This document shows, one piece after another, positions 26,628-34,402 of a stretch of 64,000 bases of DNA (its first letter is position 1; each line of letters starts with the position of its first letter). The position numbers were made by a program, and so were the translations under genes. The stretch is from Gammaproteobacteria bacterium (lineage in GTDB: Bacteria > Pseudomonadota > Gammaproteobacteria > Eutrophobiales > Eutrophobiaceae). The stretch is from assembly GCA_965116495.1 (NCBI GenBank), contig OZ220696.1:1728001-1792000 (forward strand), given 5' to 3'. Under the pieces are notes generated by a model, which was given only the letters and a program-made list of their open reading frames with translations, had not been told where the DNA came from and made no database searches.

Positions 26628-27517
26628 ATGAAAACAGGTTCAATTTGTCCACTCATCACATTGAGCAATACATTTTTGATCTGCGAGGCATACAAGTCAT
26701 GGTGGATAGAGACCTGGCAATGTTGTACGGGGTGCCAACCAGGAGATTAAATGAGCAGGTTAGCAGAAACAGGGAACGCTTCCCTGATTCCTTTATGTTT
26801 CAATTGAGCAAAGAGGAAAAAAATGAACTGGTCGCAAATTGCGACAGGTTAAATGGTATGAAGCATTCATCAACGTGCCCTTACGCGTTCACCGAACAGG
26901 GAGTCGCTATGCTCTCTGCGGTACTGCACAGTAAGACAGCGGTGGAGGTCAGCATACAGATCATGCAGACCTTTGTAGGAATACGTAAATTTATTTCCTC
27001 TCATGCAGGGCTTTTTCAACGTCTGGAAAAGATTGAAAAAAAACAGCTGGAAACCGATCAAAAGTTTGAACACATATTCAGTGCTCTGGAGGGCAAAACG
27101 CTTATTCCCAGTCAAGGTATCTTCTATGACAGGGAAATCTTTGACGCCTACTTTCTTGTCATCAAATTGATAAAAACCGCCAACACGTCCATCGTGCTGA
27201 TTGACAACTATATTGATGAGACTGTTCTTCTCATGTTAAGCAAACGGCCCAAAGGAGTTGAAGCCACCATCTATACATCGAAGATTACTAAAACCCTTCA
27301 AAACGATCTTAAAAAGCATAACAGCCAATACGCCCCCGTTACCGTTAAAATTTTCAGAAAAGCCCACGACCGTTTCCTGGTGATTGACACAAAGACTGTT
27401 TACCACATCGGCGCCTCGCTTAAGGATGCAGGTAAAAAATGGTTTGCTTTTTCAGAAATAAATCTGGACGCAAACGAAATGATAACGAGGATACAAACAG
27501 AGGGATGTCATGGATAG
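26624..27517 (+). CDS. ORF6N/KilA-N DNA-binding domain plus C-terminal PLD-like (HDRF) domain protein
   Basis: LRGIQVMVDRDLAMLY, RFPDSFMFQL, PYAFTEQGVAMLS; C-terminal IVLIDNY...HDRFLVID...GASL; AT-rich. Confidence 0.85.
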   Translation: MNENRFNLSTHHIEQYIFDLRGIQVMVDRDLAMLYGVPTRRLNEQVSRNRERFPDSFMFQLSKEEKNELVANCDRLNGMKHSSTCPYAFTEQGVAMLSAVLHSKTAVEVSIQIMQTFVGIRKFISSHAGLFQRLEKIEKKQLETDQKFEHIFSALEGKTLIPSQGIFYDREIFDAYFLVIKLIKTANTSIVLIDNYIDETVLLMLSKRPKGVEATIYTSKITKTLQNDLKKHNSQYAPVTVKIFRKAHDRFLVIDTKTVYHIGASLKDAGKKWFAFSEINLDANEMITRIQTEGCHG

Positions 27518-27535
27518 GAAAAAAGGGCACGAGTA

Positions 27536-27821
27536 GTGATGAATAACAGTGCCGTTAAAGACATGGTTTTGCCGAACGGGTTGTTGAAAACTCTCACTGC
27601 AGACAATTGTTCAGAGTGGAAGCACTACAAAAGTATGAATTTATTCGAGAGTCTTTCAAGAAGAGGATATAGCAATGCTGCGTGTAGAAAAACGGTTGGA
27701 GTATTACAACGCCCTGGACCAGGCGCATACCCAAAACGACTATCAGCCATTCTTATCTTTAATAATAGAAATCGTCGAGCTTAGTTTCCAGCCCTACTGG
27801 CACGCATTAAACATCAAATAA
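27536..27821 (+). pseudogene. Deletion scar: possible HsdS N-terminal stub followed by the C-terminus of a Fic-family protein
   Basis: MVLPNG stub resembles HsdS starts; frame 27675-27821 reads LRVEKRLEYYNALDQAHTQNDYQPFLSLIIEIVELSFQPYWHAL, resembling the post-motif helices of Fic proteins. Confidence 0.5.
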
Positions 27822-27830
27822 GGCGAACTG

Positions 27831-30800
27831 ATGCCCGACTTCAAATTCAACGAAAAATACCTCTCCCAGATCCCGGCCCTGCAACAACTGATCAACCTGG
27901 GTTTTGAATACATAACCCCGGAGCAGGCGCTGGCCCAGCGCGGTGGTCAGCTTATCAACGTTTTGCTGGAGGATACTCTGCGGGAGCAGTTAAAGCGCAT
28001 CAACCGTATCCATTACAAAGGTAGCGAGTACCAGTTCAGTGAGGAGAACATCCAGTCGGCGATCCGGAAAATCAGGAATATCCCCTACCAGGGCCTGCAA
28101 AAAACCAATGAGGCAGTGTATGACCTGCTAACGTTGGGTGTTGCCTTGGAACAGGCAATCGAGGGCGCTTCCAAGAGTTTCTCCCTTAATTACATCGACT
28201 GGAAGCAGCTGAACAATAACCTGTTCCAGGTTACGGCCGAGTTTCCGATACTGCGCAGACACAGCGTGGAAACTGCTCGTCCGGACATCGTGTTGTTCGT
28301 AAACGGCATACCCATGGTCGTTATCGAGTGCAAAGCCCCTGACGAGAAAGTCGAGCAGGCAGTATCCCAGAACATCCGCAACCAGGGCGCTGACTATATC
28401 CCCCAACTGTTCATCTATACGCAACTGGTGATGGGAGTTAACAAGACCACAGCCTTATACGCCACTGCCGGCTCGGACGAGGAGTATTGGAGCGCCTGGC
28501 AGGAACGCGAGGATCGTGGGGATGCTGTTGAAGCCGGCATCAACACGCCGCTGACCGATGAACAGAAAAACCGGCTTTTTTCCGGGGATTTTGCCCCTGC
28601 ACGCGGCTTTTTCGATGCGCTCGAGAGTGAAAAGGGACGCCTGGGAACCGAGCAGGACAAATCGATTTACAGTCTGTGCCGTCCAGAGCGGCTGTTGGAC
28701 CTGTCCTATCGCTTTGTCGTGTTCGACAACGGCATCAGGAAAATAGCACGCTATCAACAATATTTTGTCGTGCACTCAACCATGCGGCGGCTCAGACAGC
28801 GCGACAATCAGGGTAGGCGTAAGGGTGGAATGATCTGGCATACCCAGGGGTCGGGAAAATCCCTGAGCATGGTGATGCTGGTGCGCGCATTGGCGCTGGA
28901 TGCAGGCAGGGATTCCCTGTGCATTGTGCTGGTTACAGACCGCAAGGACCTGGACAGACAGTTGGGCAACACCTTCGTTGCCTGCGGCCTGAGCCGGGAG
29001 CAGGCCACATCCGGACGCAACCTGATAAAACACCTCAGGAACAGGGTGGACATTATCACCACCCTGATTCACAAATTCGAGACCGCCCTGGCAGCGGAAA
29101 AGTACACCGATACATCTGCTGACATTCTCGTGCTGGTGGATGAAAGCCACCGCACCAATTTCGGCGAACTCGCAGCACGGATGCGGCAGATGTTACCCAA
29201 TGCCTGTTATCTCGGATTCACCGGGACTCCGCTGACAAAAGAACAGAAGAACAACTTCGCCCGCTTCGGTGAGCTTATCCAGCCTTCTTACACCATCCGC
29301 CAGGCAGTCAGCGACAAGGCGGTGGTCCCGCTGCTGTATGAAGGCCGCCACGTGGAGATGAAACAGGATAAAGCAGCCGTGGACCTGTGGTTTGCGCGGC
29401 ATACTGCCGGCTTAGACGAAAGCCGGAAGGCTGACTTGAAGAAAAAGTATGCTCGTGTGGAATTGTTGAACACTGTAGATCAAGTCGTTTATATGCGCGC
29501 CTTCGATATCAGCGAGCATTTCCGTAGCCATTGGCAAAACACCGGTTTCAAAGCCCAACTGGTAGCGCCGCTCAGGTCTGTCGCGATCAGGTATCACCAG
29601 TTCCTGAATGAACTCGACGCCGTATCCTCAGAGGTGATCATCTCGGCGCCTGACATGCGGGAAGGGCATGAGCAAATCGATAAAGAGCCAACTGACGAAG
29701 TAAACAAGTTCTGGCGATCGGAGATGAACAAATACGGTTCGGAGGACGAGCGTGACGAGCAGATCATCAATCGATTCAATGACAGCGACGAACCGGAAAT
29801 ACTGATCGTCGTAAACAAGTTGCTGACGGGATTTGATGCCCCGCGCAATACGGTGCTGTACCTCTGCTGCACCCTGCGGGAACACACGTTATTACAGGCC
29901 ATTGCACGGGTCAATCGCGTGTACCGGGACAAGGAATTCGGCTATATCATCGATTATGGCAACGTGCTTAAAGAACTGGACATGGCGCTGGCGATGTATG
30001 ACGTGCTGCAGGACTTCGACGAAGACGACCTTGCCGAATCGCTCACATCGATCAACCAGGAAGTAAACAGGCTGCCGCAACATCACTCGGATTTGTGGGA
30101 TATCTTCAAGCAGGTAGAAAATCGAAGCGATGACGAGGAGTTTGAACGACTGCTGGCCGATACCGAGCTACGAGAGGAGTTCTATGCGCCCCTGTCAGAA
30201 TACGCGAAAACACTTGCTGTCGCGTTATCATCGGAACGGTTCGTAACAACCACCGATGAAAGCGAGATGAAGCGCTACAAGGATGACCTGAAACGCTTTC
30301 AGAGACTCAGCAACGCGGCCCGTCTGCGCTACGCTGAAAGTGTGGATTTCAGCAGTATTGAGCCGCGTATCAGAAAATTGCTTGATACTCATATACAGGC
30401 AGACACAGTCACCCGGCTCAATAAGCCGGTAAACATCTTCGACGATACGTCATTCAACCGGATCAAGGATGAGCAAGGTGTGTATGGCAACCTGACAACG
30501 GCGGCCAGGGCTGACACCATAGCCCACGCCGTCAAATGCACCATCAACGAAAAGATGGATGAAGACCCGGCGTTTTATCGTAAATTCTCAGTGTTGATCC
30601 AGGAAATGATTGACTCCTCCGGAGCCAAGCGCACCAGCGATCTGGAATATCTAAATCAGGTGACACAATTACGCGACCAAGTTGTATCCCGAAGACACGA
30701 TGACGCTCCGGAGAAGCTGCGCGACAACGATGAGGCATGCGCCTATTACGGAGTGGTAAAACCTGTCTACCTGGCACACAACACGTTTTCAGGACAACAA

Positions 30801-31040
30801 CTTGACGATATGGCGGCAGACACCGCGCTTACTGCTCAAGGTATCCTGAGCGATTGCCAAAAGGTTGATTTCTGGAACGATCTGGACGCCAGGAATAGCG
30901 TTAAGAATGCCATTGACGATTACCTCCACGATGAGATCAAATATAAGCATGATGTACCCCTGAGCGTAGAGCAGATGGACGAAATCATAGAAAAACTCAT
31001 GAAGGTCGCCGAGTGCCGAAGGAGTGTATCGAATATGTAG
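27831..31040 (+). CDS. hsdR: Type I R-M restriction subunit
   Basis: RPDIVLFVNGIP...IECK nuclease motif, WHTQGSGKS, DESHR, FTGTP, LLTGFDAP, QAIARVNR. Confidence 0.96.
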   Translation: MPDFKFNEKYLSQIPALQQLINLGFEYITPEQALAQRGGQLINVLLEDTLREQLKRINRIHYKGSEYQFSEENIQSAIRKIRNIPYQGLQKTNEAVYDLLTLGVALEQAIEGASKSFSLNYIDWKQLNNNLFQVTAEFPILRRHSVETARPDIVLFVNGIPMVVIECKAPDEKVEQAVSQNIRNQGADYIPQLFIYTQLVMGVNKTTALYATAGSDEEYWSAWQEREDRGDAVEAGINTPLTDEQKNRLFSGDFAPARGFFDALESEKGRLGTEQDKSIYSLCRPERLLDLSYRFVVFDNGIRKIARYQQYFVVHSTMRRLRQRDNQGRRKGGMIWHTQGSGKSLSMVMLVRALALDAGRDSLCIVLVTDRKDLDRQLGNTFVACGLSREQATSGRNLIKHLRNRVDIITTLIHKFETALAAEKYTDTSADILVLVDESHRTNFGELAARMRQMLPNACYLGFTGTPLTKEQKNNFARFGELIQPSYTIRQAVSDKAVVPLLYEGRHVEMKQDKAAVDLWFARHTAGLDESRKADLKKKYARVELLNTVDQVVYMRAFDISEHFRSHWQNTGFKAQLVAPLRSVAIRYHQFLNELDAVSSEVIISAPDMREGHEQIDKEPTDEVNKFWRSEMNKYGSEDERDEQIINRFNDSDEPEILIVVNKLLTGFDAPRNTVLYLCCTLREHTLLQAIARVNRVYRDKEFGYIIDYGNVLKELDMALAMYDVLQDFDEDDLAESLTSINQEVNRLPQHHSDLWDIFKQVENRSDDEEFERLLADTELREEFYAPLSEYAKTLAVALSSERFVTTTDESEMKRYKDDLKRFQRLSNAARLRYAESVDFSSIEPRIRKLLDTHIQADTVTRLNKPVNIFDDTSFNRIKDEQGVYGNLTTAARADTIAHAVKCTINEKMDEDPAFYRKFSVLIQEMIDSSGAKRTSDLEYLNQVTQLRDQVVSRRHDDAPEKLRDNDEACAYYGVVKPVYLAHNTFSGQQLDDMAADTALTAQGILSDCQKVDFWNDLDARNSVKNAIDDYLHDEIKYKHDVPLSVEQMDEIIEKLMKVAECRRSVSNM

Positions 31041-31106
31041 TCATCCATGAGTTGCGTCACCTGCTCCACCACAACCACGGCCCGAAATTCCAGCGACTGG
31101 TTGACT
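31022..31106 (+). pseudogene. C-terminal relic of an M48/YgjP (DUF45)-like metalloprotease
   Basis: Reads ECIEYVVIHELRHLLHHNHGPKFQRLVD (HELxH...NH), the gene that normally follows hsdR. Confidence 0.7.
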
Positions 31107-31147
31107 TGAACTGTGCCAAACATGTATAGTTACAAATGTAACTAATT
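31101..31147 (+). promoter_or_regulatory. fahA-maiA-scoAB promoter with operator TAGTTACA-AA-TGTAACTA
   Basis: TTGACT-18 bp-TATAGT; the palindrome at 31127-31144 overlaps the -10 and start region; GAGGAG RBS follows. Confidence 0.72.
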
Positions 31148-31162
31148 TTTGAGGAGAAAGCT

Positions 31163-32155
31163 GTGAAACTCGCCAGTCTTAGTGAGGGAGGGCGCGACGG
31201 CACCCTGGTAGTAGTCAATCGCGACATGAGCAAGGCCGTCAAGGTTCCTGACATCGCGCCGACCATGCAGGCAGCACTCGAAGAGTGGGCGGATACGGAA
31301 CCTGCCTTGGTAGAAGTCTTCGACTGCCTCCAGGCAGGAAATGTTGAGGACGCCTTCGATTTCGACCCGAAACAAGTGGCCGCACCCCTGCCCCGTTCCT
31401 ACCACTGGGCGGACGGCAGCGCCTACGTCACCCACGTAGAACTGGTGCGCAAGGCGCGCGGGGCGGAACTGCCCGATTCCTTCTGGACCGACCCGCTCAT
31501 GTATATGGGCGCTTCCGATGTGTTTCTCGGCCCCTGTGACGATATCCCGCTGGAAAGCGAGGACTGGGGCATAGACTTCGAATCCGAGGTGGCGATCTTC
31601 ACCGACGACGTGCCCGCAGGCATCACCCCGGAACAGGCAAAGGCGCATATCAAGCTCGTCACCATCATCAACGACGTATCGCTCAGGAACCTGATCCCCA
31701 AGGAACTGGCTAAACAGTTCGGGTTTTACCAGTCCAAGCCGCATACCGCGTTCGCGCCCGTTGCCGTTACCCCGGACGAACTGGGCGATGCCTGGGACGG
31801 CGGCAAGATCCATCTGCCCCTGCATTCCATCATGAACGGTGTAAAACTGGGGTCGCCCAACGCCGGTGTCGACAATACCTTCGACCTGCCCCGCTTGATC
31901 TCCCACGCGGCCAAATCACGCCCGCTCATGGCGGGAACGGTGGTCGGGTCGGGGACCGTTGCCAACGTCGGCAGCAAGGACGGCTCGTCCTGTATCTCTG
32001 AGATCCGCTGCCTGGAGACCATCGCCGACGGCAAACCCACGACGGAATTCATGAAGTTCGGCGATCGTATCGAGATCGAGATGTTCGATGAAAACGGCGC
32101 CTCCATCTTCGGCAGGATCGACCAGATCGTGACCCGGTACCACCCGCCGAGATGA
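31163..32155 (+). CDS. Fumarylacetoacetate hydrolase family protein (probable fumarylacetoacetase)
   Basis: MKLASL..GGRDG, WADGSAY, IDFESEV, NDVSLR, QSKP, GSGTV; upstream of maiA. Confidence 0.88.
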   Translation: MKLASLSEGGRDGTLVVVNRDMSKAVKVPDIAPTMQAALEEWADTEPALVEVFDCLQAGNVEDAFDFDPKQVAAPLPRSYHWADGSAYVTHVELVRKARGAELPDSFWTDPLMYMGASDVFLGPCDDIPLESEDWGIDFESEVAIFTDDVPAGITPEQAKAHIKLVTIINDVSLRNLIPKELAKQFGFYQSKPHTAFAPVAVTPDELGDAWDGGKIHLPLHSIMNGVKLGSPNAGVDNTFDLPRLISHAAKSRPLMAGTVVGSGTVANVGSKDGSSCISEIRCLETIADGKPTTEFMKFGDRIEIEMFDENGASIFGRIDQIVTRYHPPR

Positions 32156-32156
32156 T

Positions 32157-32804
32157 ATGAAACTGTATGGCTACTGGCGTTCATCGGCAGCCTACCGGGT
32201 ACGCATCGCGCTCAACCTGAAAGGGCTGGATTACGAGGTGGCGCCGGTACACCTGCTGAAAGACGGCGGCGAGCAACTCCAGGCCGAATACCAGGCGATA
32301 AACCCCCAGGGCGTCGTCCCTGCCCTGGTGGATGGTGACGTCAGCATCGGCCAGTCTCTCGCCATTATGGATTACCTGGAAACCCGGTACCCGGAACCGC
32401 CCCTGTACCCGCAATCGGCAGAGGCCCGGGCATTTGCACAGCAGCTAGCCCTGGTAGTCGCCTGCGATATCCACCCGCTGAATAACCTGCGCGTGCTGAA
32501 ATACCTGAAACGCACCCTGGAACAGGGCGACGAAGCAAGGAACGACTGGTATCACCACTGGGTAACAGGGGGTTTTACGGCAATGGAAAAACTATTGGAT
32601 GGCAGGGACTGGCAAGGCCCTTACTGCCTGGACGAACAGGTGACCATCGCCGATGCCTGCCTGATCCCACAGATCTACAACGCCCGCCGCTTCGAAATAG
32701 CGATGGGCGATTTCCCCAGCCTGGTCAAAATAGAACAGGCGTGCATGGAACTGGAGGCGTTCCGGAGCGCGGCCCCGGAAAACCAGGTGGATGTAAATAC
32801 ATGA
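32157..32804 (+). CDS. maiA: Maleylacetoacetate isomerase (GST zeta)
   Basis: LYGYWRSSAAYRVRIALNLK, NPQGVVP, QSLAI, CDIHPLNNL. Confidence 0.93.
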   Translation: MKLYGYWRSSAAYRVRIALNLKGLDYEVAPVHLLKDGGEQLQAEYQAINPQGVVPALVDGDVSIGQSLAIMDYLETRYPEPPLYPQSAEARAFAQQLALVVACDIHPLNNLRVLKYLKRTLEQGDEARNDWYHHWVTGGFTAMEKLLDGRDWQGPYCLDEQVTIADACLIPQIYNARRFEIAMGDFPSLVKIEQACMELEAFRSAAPENQVDVNT

Positions 32805-32816
32805 GAGGAGTAAACC

Positions 32817-33515
32817 ATGTCCGGATTTGACAAAACAGTAAACAGTTACGCCGAGGCGCTGGACGGTCTGCAGGACGGCATGACCATCATCGCCGGCGGC
32901 TTCGGCCTGTGTGGCATCCCGGAAGGGTGCATCGCCCGCATCAGGGAAATGGGCGTGCGCGAGCTGACCATCATCTCCAACAACTGCGGGGTGGACGACT
33001 TCGGCCTGGGCCTGTTGCTGGAACACAAGCAGATAAAGAAAATGGTGTCCTCCTACGTTGGCGAGAACGCCCTGTTCGAGGAACAACTGCTCAACGGCGA
33101 ACTGGAAGTGGAACTCACGCCCCAGGGCACGCTGGCGGAGAAGATGCGGGCCGGCGGCGCCGGCATCCCGGCGTTCTATACCGCCACCGGCTACGGTACA
33201 CCCGTCGGGGAAGGCAAGGAGGTACGCGAGTTCAACGGCCGCCAATACATCCTGGAGGAAGCCGTCATCGGCGACTTCGCCATCGTCAAGGGCTGGAAGG
33301 CGGACCGCTACGGCAACGTCATCTACCGGCACACGGCGCAGAATTTCAACCCCATGGCCGCCACCGCCGGCAAGATCACCGTGGTCGAAGTGGAGCAACT
33401 CGTGGAACCCGGTGAACTGGACCCCACCGGCATCCACACGCCGGGCATCTACGTGGACCGGCTCGTCCAGGGCACTTTTGAGAAACGCATCGAACAACGC
33501 ACCATAACGGAGTAA
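32817..33515 (+). CDS. scoA: Succinyl-CoA:3-oxoacid CoA-transferase subunit A
   Basis: [33 protein letters not shown]. Confidence 0.92.
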   Translation: MSGFDKTVNSYAEALDGLQDGMTIIAGGFGLCGIPEGCIARIREMGVRELTIISNNCGVDDFGLGLLLEHKQIKKMVSSYVGENALFEEQLLNGELEVELTPQGTLAEKMRAGGAGIPAFYTATGYGTPVGEGKEVREFNGRQYILEEAVIGDFAIVKGWKADRYGNVIYRHTAQNFNPMAATAGKITVVEVEQLVEPGELDPTGIHTPGIYVDRLVQGTFEKRIEQRTITE

Positions 33516-33519
33516 CCCC

Positions 33520-34176
33520 ATGGCACTCTCCCGTGAACAACTGGCAATGCGCGTCGCCCGTGAACTGCAGGACGGCTATTACGTCAACCTCGGCATCGGC
33601 ATCCCCACCCTGGTCGCCAACTACATCCCGGAGGGCATGGAAGTGATGCTGCAATCGGAAAACGGCCTGCTCGGTATGGGCCCGTTCCCCACCGAGGAGC
33701 AACTGGACGCGGACATGATCAACGCCGGCAAACAGACCGTGACGGCCATCACCGGCGCCTCCATCTTCAACTCCGCGGAATCGTTCGCCATGATCCGCGG
33801 CGGCCATGTGGACCTCACGGTACTGGGTGCATTCGAGGTGGACGTGGAAGGCAACATCGCCTCCTGGATGATCCCGGGCAAGCTGATAAAAGGCATGGGC
33901 GGCGCCATGGACCTGGTGGCCGGCGCGGACAACATCATCGTTACCATGACCCATGCCAGTAAGAAAGGCGCATCGAAACTGCTGCCGAAATGTACCCTGC
34001 CCCTGACTGGTGCCGGGTGTATTCACAAGGTGGTGACCGACCTCGCCTATGTGGAGATTAACGATGGGAAGTTCTGGTTGAAGGAACGGGCGCCTGGGGT
34101 GAGTGTGGACGAGATTGTGGCGAAGACCGCGGGGAAGATGGTGGTGCCGGAGGTGGTGGTGGAGATGGGGTTTTGA
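33520..34176 (+). CDS. scoB: Succinyl-CoA:3-oxoacid CoA-transferase subunit B
   Basis: VNLGIGIPT, QSENG (catalytic Glu), KGMGGAMDL. Confidence 0.93.
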   Translation: MALSREQLAMRVARELQDGYYVNLGIGIPTLVANYIPEGMEVMLQSENGLLGMGPFPTEEQLDADMINAGKQTVTAITGASIFNSAESFAMIRGGHVDLTVLGAFEVDVEGNIASWMIPGKLIKGMGGAMDLVAGADNIIVTMTHASKKGASKLLPKCTLPLTGAGCIHKVVTDLAYVEINDGKFWLKERAPGVSVDEIVAKTAGKMVVPEVVVEMGF

Positions 34177-34402
34177 GGAGAGAATTATAGACCTATGTCA
34201 AATAGGACTTGGTACTTGCCATAAGTTACCCAAATTAGTTACGCGGCCCGGACTACCCGGACGACGAACCGGAAACAGGGGGCCACAAGCACAGCCACTG
34301 GCATACGCACACAAGCATCACCATCATTCTCATGATTGAGTTTCGACTTGGAATCACAGGTGTGCGAATAGCAACGCCATCCATGTACGTAATTTGTTAT
34401 TG

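Noticed and set aside
34221-34242. TAGTTAC as another MarR operator
   Set aside because: Only half-sites in direct orientation, downstream of scoB; no palindrome.
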